NCBI GenBank assembly: GCA_040954595.2
Contig: CM082581.2
Span: 1,604,699-1,668,698 of the forward strand
Direction of reading: 5' to 3'
Source: Balanoglossus misakiensis
Lineage: Eukaryota; Animalia; Hemichordata
Length of the DNA: 64,000 bases
The first letter of the stretch is position 1, and every line of letters starts with the position of its first letter. Of this stretch, positions 31,305 to 46,300 are shown one piece after another. A model generated the notes under the pieces. It saw only the letters and a list, made by a program, of their open reading frames with translations. It did no database searches and was not told the DNA's origin. The translations under genes were made by a program, and so were the position numbers.

Positions 31305-34300
31305 GATTTTCACCCGTCTTTTTTCAAAAATCGACGAAATTTTGAGATTTTGCAAAAGAGGAAAATTTGTCATTTTTTGATGATTTTCAACAATTTTTTT
31401 AAAAAATCGACGAAAATTTGAGATTTTGCAGTAAAAAATTTGTAATTTTTTGATGATTTTCACCGATGATTTTTTTCAAAATTGACGAAATTTTGAGATT
31501 TTGCAGTCGAAAATTTGTAATTTTTTGATGATTTTCCCCCATGATTTTTTTCAAAAATCGACGAAATTTTGAGATTTTGCAAAGTCGAAAATTTGTCATT
31601 TTTTGATGATTTTCACCCAATGTTTTTTTTTCAAAAATGGACGAACCCATGATTTTTTTCAAAATCGACGAAATTTTGAGATTTTGCAAAGTCGAAAATT
31701 TGTCATTGTCATGATGATTTTCAACCATGATTTTTTTCAAAAATTGACGAAATTTTGAGATTTTGCAGTCAAAAATTTGTCATTTTTTGATGATTTTCAC
31801 CCATGATTTTTTTTCACAAATCGACGAAATTTTGAGATTTTGCAGTCGTAAATTTGTCATTTTTTAATGATTTTCCTCCATGATTTTTTTTCAAAAATCG
31901 ACGAAATTTTGAGATTTTGCAAAGTCTAAAATTTGTCATTTTTTGATGATTTTCACCCATGTCTTTTTTCAAAAATCGACGAAATTTTGAGATTTTGCAA
32001 AGAGGAAAATTTGTCATTTTTTGATGATTTTCAACAATGATTTTTTTTCAAAATTTTGCAGTAAAAAATTTGTAATTTTTTGATGATTTTCACCGATGAT
32101 TTTTTTCAAAAATCGACGAAATTTTGAGATTTTGCAAAGTCGAAAATTTGTAATTTTTTGATGATTTTCACCCATGATTTTCTTCAAAAATCGACGAAAT
32201 TTTGAGATTTTGCAAAGTCGAAAATTTGTCATTTTTTGATGATTTTCACCCAATGTTTTTTTTTCAAAAATGGACGAACCCATGATTTTTTTCAAAATCG
32301 ACGAAATTTTGAGATTTTGCAAAGTCGAAAATTTGTCATTGTCATGATGATTTTCAACCATGATTGTTTTCAAAAATTGACGAAATTTTGAGATTTTGCA
32401 GTCAAAAATTTGTCATTTTTTGATGATTTTCACCCATGATTTTTTTTCACAAATCGACGAAATTTTGAGATTTTGCAGTCGTAAATTTGTCATTTTTTAA
32501 TGATTTTCCTCCATGATTTTTTTTCAAAAATCGACGAAATTTTGAGATTTTGCAAAGTCTAAAATTTGTCATTTTTTGATGATTTTCACCCATGATTTTT
32601 TTTCAAAAATCGACGAAATTTTGAGATTTTGCAAAGTCGAAAATTTGTCATTTTTTGATGATTTTCACCCATGATTTTTTCAAAAAATTGACGAAATTTT
32701 GAGATTTTGCAAAGTCGAAAATTTGTCATTTTTTGATGATTTTCACCCATGATTTTTTTCAAAAATCGACGAAATGTTGAGATTTTGCAAAGTCGAAAAT
32801 TTGTCATTTTTTGATGATTTTCACCCAATGGTTTTTTTCAAAATCGACGAAATTTTGGGATTTTGCAAAGTCGAAAATTTGTCATTTTTTGATGATTTTC
32901 ACCCATGATTTTTTTCAAAAATCGACGAAATTGTGAGATTTTGCAAAGTCAAAAATTTGTCATTTTTTGATGATTTTCACCCATGATTTTTTCAAAAATT
33001 GACGAAATTTTGAGATTTTGCAAAGTCGAAAATTTGTCATTTTTTGATGATTTTCACCCATGATTTTTTTCAAAAATCGACGAAATGTTGAGATTTTGCA
33101 AAGTCGAAAATTTGTCATTTTTTGATGATTTTCACCCATGATTTTTTTCAAAAATTGACGAAATGTTGAGATTTTGCAAAGTCAAAAATTTGTCATTTTT
33201 TGATGATTTTCACCCATGTTTTTTTTTTAAAAATCGACGAACCTATGATTTTTTTCAAAATCGACGAAATTTTGAGATTTTGCAAAGTCGAAAATTTTGT
33301 CATTTTTTGATGATTTTCACCCATGATTTTTTCAAAAATTGACGAAATTTTGAGATTTTGCAAAGTCGAAAATTTGTCATTTTTTGATGATTTTTACCCA
33401 TGATTTTTTTCAAAAATCGACGAAATTGTGAGATTTTGCAAAGTCAAAAATTTGTCATTTTTTGATGATTTTCACCCATGATTTTTTCAAAAATTGACGA
33501 AATTTTGAGATTTTGCAAAGTCGAAAATTTGTCATTTTTTGATGATTTTCACCCATGATTTTTTTCAAAAATCGACGAAATGTTGAGATTTTGCAAAGTC
33601 GAAAATTTGTAATTTTTTGATGATTTTCACCCATGATTTTTTTCAAAAATTGACGAAATGTTGAGATTTTGCAAAGTCGAAAATTTGTCATTTTTTGATG
33701 ATTTTCACCCATGATTTTTTTCAAAAATCGACGAAATGTTGAGATTTTGCAAAGTCGAAAATTTGTCATTTTTTGATGATTTTCACCCATGATTTTTTTT
33801 CAAAAATCGACGAAATTTTGAGATTTTGCATAGACGAAAATTTGTCATTTTTTGATGATTTTCACCCATGATTTTTTCAAAAATTGACGAAATTTTGAGA
33901 TTTTGCAAAGTCGAAAATTTGTCATTTTTTGATGATTTTCACCCATGATTTTTTTCAAAAATCGACGAAATTGTGAGATTTTGCAAAGTCAAAAATTTGT
34001 CATTTTTTGATGATTTTCACCCATGTTTTTTTTTTAAAAATCGACGAACCTATGATTTTTTTCAAAATCGACGAAATTTTGAGATTTTGCAAAGTCGAAA
34101 ATTTTGTCATTTTTTGATGATTTTCACCCATGATTTTTTCAAAAATTGACGAAATTTTGAGATTTTGCAAAGTCGAAAATTTGTCATTTTTTGATGATTT
34201 TCACCCATGATTTTTTTCAAAAATCGACGAAATGTTGAGATTTTGCAAAGTCGAAAATTTGTCATTTTTTGATGATTTTCACCCATGATTTTTTTCAAAA

Positions 34301-37300
34301 ATTGACGAAATGTTGAGATTTTGCAAAGTCGAAAATTTGTCATTTTTTGATGATTTTCACCCATGATTTTTTTCAAAAATCGACGAAATGTTGAGATTTT
34401 GCAAAGTCGAAAATTTGTCATTTTTTGATGATTTTCACCCATGATTTTTTTTCAAAAATCGACGAAATTTTGAGATTTTGCATAGACGAAAATTTGTCAT
34501 TTTTTGATGATTTTCACCCATGATTTTTTCAAAAATTGACGAAATTTTGAGATTTTGCAAAGTCGAAAATTTGTCATTTTTTGATGATTTTCACCCATGT
34601 TTTTTTTTTAAAAATCGACGAACCTATGATTTTTTTCAAAATCGACGAAATTTTGAGATTTTGCAAAGTCGAAAATTTTGTCATTTTTTGATGATTTTCA
34701 CCCATGATATTTTCAAAAATTGACGAAATTTTGAGATTTTGCAAAGTGGAAAATTTGTCTTTTTTTGATGATTTTCACCCATGATTTTTTTCAAAAATCG
34801 ACGAAATGTTGAGATTTTACAAAGTCGAAAATTTTGTAATTTTTTGATGATTTTCAACCATGATTTTTTTTCAAAAATCGACGAAAATTTGAGATTTTGC
34901 ATAGACGAAAATTTGTCATTTTTTGATGATTTTCACCCATGTTTTTTTTTTAAAATGGACGAAATTTTGAGATTTTGCAAAAACGAAAATTTGTCATTTT
35001 TTGATGATTTTTACCCATGATTTTTTTTCAAAAATGGACGAAATTTTGAGATTTTGCAAAGACGAAAATTTGTCATTTTTTGATGATTTTCACCATGATT
35101 TTTTTTCAAAAATCGACGAAATGTTGAGATTTTGCAAAGACGAAAATTTGTCATTTTTTGATGATTTTTACCCATGATTTTTTTCAAAAATTGACGAAAT
35201 TTTGAGATTTTGCAAAGTCGAAAATTTGTCATTTTTTGATGATTTTTACCCATGATTTTTTTTCAAAAATCGACGAAATTTTTAGATTTTTCAAAGTCGA
35301 AAATGTGTCATTTTTTCATGATTTTCACCCATGATTTTTTTTCAAAAATCGACAAAATTTTGAGATTTTGCATAATCGAAAATGTGTCATTTTTTTATGA
35401 TTTTTACCCATGATTTTTTTTCAAAAATCGACGAAATTTTGAGATTTTGCAAAGTCGAAAATTTGTCATTTATTCATGATTTTCACCCATGTTTTTTTTT
35501 TAAAAATCGACGAACCTATGATTTTTTTCAAAATTGACGAAATTTTGTGATTTTACAAAGTCGAAAATTTTGTCATTTTTTGATGATTTTCAACCATGAT
35601 TTTTTTTCAAAAATCGACGAAAATTTGAGATTTTGCAAAGACGAAAATTTGTCATTTTTGATGATTTTTACCCATGATTTTTATTCAAAAATGGACGAAA
35701 TTTTGAGATTTTGCAAAGACGAAAATTTGTCATTTTTTGATGATTTTCACCCATGATTTTTTTTTCAAAAATCGACGAAATTTTGAGATTTTGCAAAGTC
35801 GAAAATTTGTCATTTTTTGATGATTTTCACCCATGATTTTTTCAAAAATTGACGAAATTTTGAGATTTTGCAAAGTCGAAAATTTGTCATTTTTTGATGA
35901 TTTTCACCCATGTTTTTTTTTTAAAAATCGACGAACCTATGATTTTTTTTCAAAATCGACGAAATTTTGAGATTTTGCAAAGTCGAAAATTTTGTCATTT
36001 TTTGATGATTTTCACCCATGATTTTTTCAAAAATTGACGAAATTTTGAGATTTTGCAAAGTCGAAAATTTGTCATTTTTTGATGATTTTCACCCATGATT
36101 TTTTTCAAAAATCGACGAATTGTTGAGATTTTGCAAAGTCGAAAATTTGTCATTTTTTGATGATTTTCACCCAATGGTTTTTTTTCAAAATCGACGAAAT
36201 TTTGAGATTTTGCAAAGTCGAAAATTTGTCATTTTTTGATGATTTTCACCCATGATTTTTTCAAAAATTGACGAAATTTTGAGATTTTGCAAAGTCGAAA
36301 ATTTGTCATTTTTTGATGATTTTCACCCATGATTTTTTTCAAAAATCGACGAAATGTTGAGATTTTGCAAAGTCGAAAATTTGTCATTTTTTGATGATTT
36401 TCACCCATGATTTTTTTCAAAAATTGACGAAATGTTGAGATTTTGCAAAGTCGAAAATTTGTCATTTTTTGATGATTTTCACCCATGATTTTTTTCAAAA
36501 ATCGACGAAATTTTGAGATTTTGCATAGACGAAAATTTGTCATTTTTTGATGATTTTCACCCATGATTTTTTCAAAAATTGACGAAATTTTGAGATTTTG
36601 CAAAGTCGAAAATTTGTCATTTTTTGATGATTTTCACCACTGATTTTTTTCAAAAATCGACGAAATTGTGAGATTTTGCAAAGTCAAAAATTTGTCATTT
36701 TTTGATGATTTTCACCCATGTTTTTTTTTTAAAAATCGACGAACCTATGATTTTTTTCAAAATCGACGAAATTTTAAGATTTTGCAAAGTCGAAAATTTG
36801 TCATTTTTTGATGATTTTCACCCATAATTTTTTTCAAAAATCGACGAAATGTTGAGATTTTGCAAAGTCGAAAATTTGTCATTTTTTGATGATTTTCACC
36901 CATGATTTTTTTCAAAAATTGACGAAATTTTGAGATTTTGCAAAGTCGAAAATTTGTCATTTTTTGATGATTTTCACCCATGATTTTTTTCAAAAATCGA
37001 CGAAATTGTGAGATTTTGCAAAGTCAAAAATTTGTCATTTTTTGATGATTTTCACCCATGTTTTTTTTTTAAAAATCGACGAACCTATGATTTTTTTCAA
37101 AATCGACGAAATTTTGAGATTTTGCAAAGTCGAAAATTTTGTTATTTTTTGATGATTTTCACCCATGATTTTTTCAAAAATTGACGAAATTTAGAGATTT
37201 TGCAAAGTCGAAAATTTGTCATTTTTTGATGATTTTCACCCATGATTTTTTTCAAAAATCGACGAAATGTTGAGATTTTGCAAAGTCGAAAATTTGTCAT

Positions 37301-40300
37301 TTTTTGATGATTTTCACCCATGATTTTTTTCAAAAATTGACGAAATGTTGAGATTTTGCAAAGTCGAAAATTTTTCATTTTTTGATGATTTTCACCCATG
37401 ATTTTTTTCAAAAATCGACGAAATGTTGAGATTTTGCAAAGTCGAAAATTTGTCATTTTTTGATGATTTTCACCCATGATTTTTTTTCAAAAATCGACGA
37501 AATTTTGAGATTTTGCATAGACGAAAATTTGTCATTTTTTGATGATTTTCACCCATGATTTTTTCAAAAATTGACGAAATTTTGAGATTTTGCAAAGTCG
37601 AAAATTTGTCATTTTTTGATGATTTTCACCCATGTTTTTTTTTTAAAAATCGACGAACCTATGATTTTTTTCAAAATCGACGAAATTTTGAGATTTTGCA
37701 AAGTCGAAAATTTTGTCATTTTTTGATGATTTTCACCCATGATTTTTTCAAAAATTGACGAAATTTTGAGATTTTGCAAAGTCGAAAATTTGTCATTTTT
37801 TGATGATTTTCACCCATGATTTTTTTTCAAAAATCGACGAAATGTTGAGATTTTGCAAAGTCGAAAATATGTCTTTTTTTGATGATTTTCACCCATGATT
37901 TTTTTCAAAAATCGACGAAATGTTGAGATTTTACAAAGTCGAAAATTTTGTCATTTTTTGATGATTTTCAACCATGATTTTTTTTCAAAAATCGACGAAA
38001 ATTTGAGATTTTGCATAGACGAAAATTTGTCATTTTTTGATGATTTTCACCCATGTTTTTTTTTTTAAATGGACGAAATTTTGAGATTTTGCAAAAACGA
38101 AAATTTGTCATTTTTTGATGATTTTTACCCATGATTTTTTTTCAAAAATGGACGAAATTTTGAGATTTTGCAAAGACGAAAATTTGTCATTTTTTGATGA
38201 TTTTCACCATGATTTTTTTTCAAAAATCGACGAAATGTTGAGATTTTGCAAAGACGAAAATTTGTCATTTTTTGATGATTTTTACCCATGATTTTTTCAA
38301 AAATTGACGAAATTTTGAGATTTTGCAAAGTCGAAAATTTGTCATTTTTTGATGATTTTTACCCATGATTTTTTTTCAAAAATCGACGAAATTTTTAGAT
38401 TTTTCAAAGTCGAAAATGTGTCATTTTTTCATGATTTTCACCCATGATTTTTTTTCAAAAATCGACAAAATTTTGAGATTTTGCATAATCGAAAATGTGT
38501 CATTTTTTTATGATTTTTACCCATGATTTTTTTTCAAAAATCGACGAAATTTTGAGATTTTGCAAAGTCGAAAATTTGTCATTTATTCATGATTTTCACC
38601 CTTTTTTTTTTAAAAATCGACGAACCTATGATTTTTTTCAAAATTGACGAAATTTTGTGATTTTACAAAGTCGAAAATTTTGTCATTTTTTGATGATTTT
38701 CAACCATGATTTTTTTTCAAAAATCGACGAAAATTTGAGATTTTGCAAAGACGAAAATTTGTCATTTTTGATGATTTTTACCCATGATTTTTATTCAAAA
38801 ATGGACGAAATTTTGAGATTTTGCAAAGACGAAAATTTGTCATTTTTTGATGATTTTCACCCATGATTTTTTTTTCAAAAATCGACGAAATTTTGAGATT
38901 TTGCAAAGTCGAAAATTTGTCATTTTTTGATGATTTTCACCCATGATTTTTTCAAAAATTGACGAAATTTTGAGATTTTGCAAAGTCGAAAATTTGTCAT
39001 TTTTTGATGATTTTCACCCATGTTTTTTTTTTAAAAATCGACGAACCTATGATTTTTTTCAAAATCGACGAAATTTTGAGATTTTGCAAAGTCGAAAATT
39101 TTGTCATTTTTTGATGATTTTCACCCATGATTTTTTCAAAAATTGACGAAATTTTGAGATTTTGCAAAGTCGAAAATTTGTCATTTTTTGATGATTTTCA
39201 CCCATGATTTTTTTTCAAAAATCGACGAAATGTTGAGATTTTGCAAAGTCGAAAATTTGTCTTTTTTTGATGATTTTCACCCATGATTTTTTTCAAAAAT
39301 CGACGAAATGTTGAGATTTTACAAAGTCGAAAATTTTGTCATTTTTTGATGATTTTCAACCATGATTTTTTTTCAAAAATCGACGAAAATTTGAGATTTT
39401 GCATAGACGAAAATTTGTCATTTTTTGATGATTTTCACCCATGTTTTTTTTTTAAAATGGACGAAATTTTGAGATTTTGCAAAAACGAAAATTTGTCATT
39501 TTTTGATGATTTTTACCCATGATTTTTTTTCAAAAATGGACGAAATTTTGAGCTTTTGCAAAGTCGAAAATTTGTCATTTTTTGATGATTTTCACCTATG
39601 ATTTTTTTCAAAAATCGACGAAATGTTGAGATTTTGCAAAGTCGAAAATTTGTCATTTTTTGATGATTTTCACCCATGATTTTTTTCAAAAATCGACGAA
39701 ATTTTGAGATTTTGCAAAGTCGAAAATTTGTCATTTTTTGATGATTTTCACCGATGTTTTTTTTAAAAAAATCGACGAACCTATGATTTTTTTCAAAATC
39801 GACGAAATTGTGTGATTTTGCAAACTCGAAAATTTTGTCATTTTTTGATGATTTTCAACCATGATTTTTTTTCAAAAATCGACGAAATTTTGAGATTTTG
39901 CAAAGTTGAAAATTTGTCATTTTTTGATGATTTTCACCCATGATTTTTTTTCAAAAATGGACGAAATTTTGAGCTTTTGCAAAGTCGAAAATTTGTCATT
40001 TTTTGATGATTTTCACCTATGATTTTTTTCAAAAATCGACGAAATGTTGAGATTTTGCAAAGTCGAAAATTTGTCATTTTTTGATGATTTTCACCTATGA
40101 TTTTTTTCAAAAATCGACGAAATTTTGAGATTTTGCAAAGTCGAAAATTTGTCATTTTTTGATGATTTTCAACCATGATTTTTTTTCAAAAATCGACGAA
40201 ATTTTGAGATTTTGCAAAGTCGAAAATTTGTCATTTTTTGATGATTTTCACCCATGATTTTTTTTCAAAAATGGACGAAATTTTGAGCTTTTGCAAAGTC

Positions 40301-43300
40301 GAAAATTTGTCATTTTTTGATGATTTTCACCTATGATTTTTTTCAAAAATCGACGAAATGTTGAGATTTTGCAAAGTCGAAAATTTGTCATTTTTTGATG
40401 ATTTTCACCCATGATTTTTTTCAAAAATCGACGAAATGTTGAGATTTTGCAAAGTCGAAAATTTGTCATTTTTTGATGATTTTCAACCATGATTTTTTTT
40501 CAAAAATCGACGAAATTTTGAGATTTTGCAAAGTCGAAAATTTGTCATTTTTTGATTATTTTCACCTATGATTTTTTTCAAAAATCGACAAAATTTTGAG
40601 ATTTTGCAAAGTCGAAAATTTGTCATTTTTTGATGATTTTCACCCATGATTTTTTTCAAAAATCGACGAAATTTTGAGATTTTGCAAAGTCGAAAATTTG
40701 TAATTTTTTGATGATTTTCCCCCATGATTTTTTTCAAAAATCGACGAAATTTTGAGATTTTGCAAAGTCGAAAATTTGTCATTTGTTGATGATTTTCACC
40801 CATGTTTTTTTTTAAAAAATCGACGAACCTATGATTTTTTTCAAAATCGACGAAATTTTGAGATTTTGCAAAGTTGAAAATTTTGTCATTTTTTGATGAT
40901 TTTCACCCATGATTTTTTCAAAAATTGATGAAATTTTGAGATTTTGCAAAGTCGAAAATTTGTCATTTTTTGATGATTTTCACCCATGATTTTTTTTCAA
41001 AAATGGACGAAATTTTGAGCTTTTGCAAAGTCGAAAATTTGTCATTTTTTGATGATTTTCCCCCATGATTTTTTTCAAAAATCGACGAAATGTTGAGATT
41101 TTGCAGTCGAAAATTTTTCATTTTTTGATGATTTTCACCCATGTTTTTTTTCAAAAATCGACGAAATTTTGAGATTTTGCAGTCAAAAATTTGTCATTTT
41201 TTGATGATTTTCACCCATATTATTTTTCAAAAACCGACGAAATTTTGAGATTTTGCAAAGACGAAAATTTGTCATTTTTTGATGATTTTCACCCATGATT
41301 TTTTCAAAAATTGACGAAATTTTGATATTTTGCAATGTCGAAAATTTGTCATTTTTTGATGATTTTCACCCATGATTTTTTTCAAAAATCGACGAAATGT
41401 TGAGATTTTGCAAACTCGAAAATTTGTCATTTTTTGATGATTTTCACCCATGATTTTTTTCAAAAATCGACGAAATTTTGAGATTTTGCAAAGTCGAAAA
41501 TTTGTCATTTTTTGATGATTTTCACCAATGTTGTTTTTAAAAAATCGACGAACCCATGATTTTTTTCAAAATCGACGAAATTTTGAGATTTTGCAAAGTC
41601 GAAAATTTGTCATTTTTTGATGATTTTCACCCATGATTTTTTTCAAAAATCGACGAAATTTTGAGATTTTGCAAAGTCGAAAATTTGTCATTTTTTGATG
41701 ATTTTCACCCATGATTTTTTTTAAAAAATCGACGAACCTATGATTTTTTTCAAAATCGACGAAATTTTGAGATTTTGCAAAGTTGAAAATTTTGTCATTT
41801 TTTGATGATTTTCACCCATGATTTTTTCAAAAATTGATGAAATTTTGAGATTTTGCAAAGTCGAAAATTTGTCATTTTTTGATGATTTTCACCCATGATT
41901 TTTTTTCAAAAATGGACGAAATTTTGAGCTTTTGCAAAGTCGAAAATTTTTCATTTTTTGATGATTTTCCCCCATGATTTTTTTCAAAAATCGACGAAAT
42001 GTTGAGATTTTGCAGTCGAAAATTTTTCATTTTTTGATGATTTTCACCCATGTTTTTTTTCAAAAATCGACGAAATTTTGAGATTTTGCAGTCAAAAATT
42101 TGTCATTTTTTGATGATTTTCACCCATATTATTTTTCAAAAACCGACGAAATTTTGAGATTTTGCAAAGACGAAAATTTGTCATTTTTTGATGATTTTCA
42201 CCCATGATTTTTTCAAAAATTGACGAAATTTTGATATTTTGCAAAGTCGAAAATTTGTCATTTTTTGATGATTTTCACCCATGATTTTTTTCAAAAATCG
42301 ACGAAATGTTGAGATTTTGCAAAGTCGAAAATTTGTCATTTTTTGATGATTTTCACCCATGATTTTTTTCAAAAATCGACAACATTTTGAGATTTTGCGA
42401 AGTCGAAAATTTTTCATTTTTTGATGATTTTCACCCATGATTTTTTTCAAAAATCGACGAAATTTTGAGATTTTGCAAAGTCGAAAATTTGTCATTTTTT
42501 GATTATTTTCACCCATGATTTTTTTCAAAAATCGACGAAATTTTGAGATTTTGCAAAGTCGAAAATTTGTCATTTTTTGATTATTTTCACCCATGATTTT
42601 TTATTCAAAAATGGACGAAATTTTGAGCTTTTGCAAAGTCGAAAATTTGTCATTTTTTGATGATTTTCACCTATGATTTTTTTCAAAAATCGACGAAATT
42701 TTGAGATTTTGCAAAGTCGAAAATATGTCATTTTTTGATGATTTTCACCCATGATTTTTTTTCAAAAATGGACGAAATTTTGAGCTTTTGCAAAGTCGAA
42801 AATTTGTCATTTTTTGATGATTTTCACCTATGATTTTTTTCAAAAATCGACGAATTGTTGAGATTTTGCAAAGTCAAAAATTTGTCATTTTTTGATTATT
42901 TTCACCCATGATTTTTTTCAAAAATCGACGAAATTTTGAAATTTTGCAAAGTCGAAAATTTGTCATTTTTTGATGATTTTCATCCATGATTTTTTTTTTA
43001 AAATTGACGAAATTTTGAGATTTTGCAAAGTCGAAAATTTGTCATTTTTTGATGATTTTCACCCATGATTTTTTTTCAAAAATGGACGAAATTTTGAGCT
43101 TTTGCAAAGTCGAAAATTTGTCATTTTTTGATGATTTTCCCCCATGATTTTTTTCAAAAATCGACGAAATGTTGAGATTTTGCAGTCGAAAATTTTTCAT
43201 TTTTTGATGATTTTCACCCATGTTTTTTTTCAAAAATCGACGAAATTTTGAGATTTTGCAGTCAAAAATTTGTCATTTTTTGATGATTTTCACCCATATT

Positions 43301-46300
43301 ATTTTTCAAAAACCGACGAAATTTTGAGATTTTGCAAAGACGAAAATTTGTCATTTTTTTGATGATTTTCACCCATGATTTTTTCAAAAATTGACGAAAT
43401 TTTGATATTTTGCAAAGTCGAAAATTTGCCATTTTTTGATGATTTTCACCCATGATTTTTTTCAAAAATCGACGAAATGTTGAGATTTTGCAAAGTCGAA
43501 AATTTGTCATTTTTTGATGATTTTCACCCATGATTTTTTTTAAAAAATCGACGAACCTATGATTTTTTTCAAAATCGACGAAATTTTGAGATTTTGCAAA
43601 GTTGAAAATTTTGTCATTTTTTGATGATTTTCACCCATGATTTTTTCAAAAAATGATGAAATTTTGAGATTTTGCAAAGTCGAAAATTTGTCATTTTTTG
43701 ATGATTTTCACCCATGATTTTTTTTCAAAAATGGACGAAATTTTGAGCTTTTGCAAAGTCGAAAATTTGTCATTTTTTGATGATTTTCCCCCATGATTTT
43801 TTTCAAAAATCGACGAAATGTTGAGATTTTGCAGTCGAAAATTTTTCATTTTTTGATGATTTTCACCCATGTTTTTTTTCAAAAATCGACGAAATTTTGA
43901 TATTTTGCAAAGTCGAAAATTTGTCATTTTTTGATGATTTTCACCCATGATTTTTTTCAAAAATCGACGAAATGTTGAGATTTTGCAAAGTCGAAAATTT
44001 GTCATTTTTTGATGATTTTCACCCATGATTTTTTTCAAAAATCGACGAAATTTTGAGATTTTGCAAAGTCGAAAATTTGTCATTTTTTGATGATTTTCAC
44101 CAATGTTGTTTTTAAAAAATCGACGAACCCATGATTTTTTTCAAAATCGACGAAATTTTGAGATTTTGCAAAGTCGAAAATTTGTCATTTTTTGATGATT
44201 TTCACCCATGATTTTTTTCAAAAATCGACGAAATTTTGAGATTTTGCAAAGTCGAAAATTTGTCATTTTTTGATGATTTTCACCCATGATTTTTTTTCAC
44301 AAATCGACAACATTTTGAGATTTTGCGAAGTCGAAAATTTTTCATTTTTTGATGATTTTCACCCATGATTTTTTTCAAAAATCGACGAAATTTTGAGATT
44401 TTGCAAAGTCGAAAATTTGTCATTTTTTGATTATTTTCACCCATGATTTTTTATTCAAAAATGGACGAAATTTTGAGCTTTTGCAAAGTCGAAAATTTGT
44501 CATTTTTTGATGATTTTCACCTATGATTTTTTTCAAAAATCGACGAAATTTTGAGATTTTGCAAAGTCGAAAATATGTCATTTTTTGATGATTTTCACCC
44601 ATGATTTTTTTTCAAAAATGGACGAAATTTTGAGCTTTTGCAAAGTCGAAAATTTGTCATTTTTTGATGATTTTCACCTATGATTTTTTTCAAAAATCGA
44701 CGAATTGTTGAGATTTTGCAAAGTCGAAAATTTGTCATTTTTTGATTATTTTCACCCATGATTTTTTTCAAAAATCGACGAAATTTTGAAATTTTGCAAA
44801 GTCGAACATTTGTCATTTTTTGATGATTTTCATCCATGATTTTTTTTTTAAAATTGACGAAATTTTGAGATTTTGCAAAGTCGAAAATTTGTAATTTTTT
44901 GATGATTTTCACCCATGATTTTTTTTCAAAAATGGACGAAATTTTGAGCTTTTGCAAAGTCGAAAATTTGTCATTTTTTGATGATTTTCCCCCATGATTT
45001 TTTTCAAAAATCGACGAAATTTTGAGATTTTGCAGTCAAAAATTTGTCATTTTTTGATGATTTTCACCCATATTATTTTTCAAAAACCGACGAAATTTTG
45101 AGATTTTGCAAAGACGAAAATTTGTCATTTTTTGATGATTTTCACCCATGATTTTTTCAAAAATTGACGAAATTTTGATATTTTGCAAAGTCGAAAATTT
45201 GCCATTTTTTGATGATTTTCACCCATGATTTTTTTCAAAAATCGACGAAATGTTGAGATTTTGCAAAGTCGAAAATTTGTCATTTTTTGATGATTTTCAC
45301 CCATGATTTTTTTCAAAAATCGACGAAATTTTGAGATTTTGCAAAGTCGAAAATTTGTCATTTTTTGATGATTTTCACCAATGTTGTTTTTAAAAAATCG
45401 ACGAACCCATGATTTTTTTCAAAATCGACGAAATTTTGAGATTTTGCAAAGTCGAAAATTTGTCATTTTTTGATGATTTTCACCCATGATTTTTTTCAAA
45501 AATCGACGAAATTTTGAGATTTTGCAAAGTCGAAAATTTGTCATTTTTTGATGATTTTCACCCATGATTTTTTTTAAAAAATCGACGAACCTATGATTTT
45601 TTTCAAAATCGACGAAATTTTGAGATTTTGCAAAGTTGAAAATTTTGTCATTTTTTGATGATTTTCACCCATGATTTTTTCAAAAATTGATGAAATTTTG
45701 AGATTTTGCAAAGTCGAAAATTTGTCATTTTTTGATGATTTTCACCCATGATTTTTTTTCAAAAATGGACGAAATTTTGAGCTTTTGCAAAGTCGAAAAT
45801 TTTTCATTTTTTGATGATTTTCCCCCATGATTTTTTTCAAAAATCGACGAAATGTTGAGATTTTGCAGTCGAAAATTTTTCATTTTTTGATGATTTTCAC
45901 CCATGTTTTTTTTCAAAAATCGACGAAATTTTGAGATTTTGCAGTCAAAAATTTGTCATTTTTTGATGATTTTCACCCATATTATTTTTCAAAAACCGAC
46001 GAAATTTTGAGATTTTGCAAAGACGAAAATTTGTCATTTTTTGATGATTTTCACCCATGATTTTTTCAAAAATTGACGAAATTTTGATATTTTGCAAAGT
46101 CGAAAATTTGTCATTTTTTGATGATTTTCACCCATGATTTTTTTCAAAAATCGACGAAATGTTGAGATTTTGCAAAGTCGAAAATTTGTCATTTTTTGAT
46201 GATTTTCACCCATGATTTTTTTCAAAAATCGACAACATTTTGAGATTTTGCGAAGTCGAAAATTTTTCATTTTTTGATGATTTTCACCCATGATTTTTTT

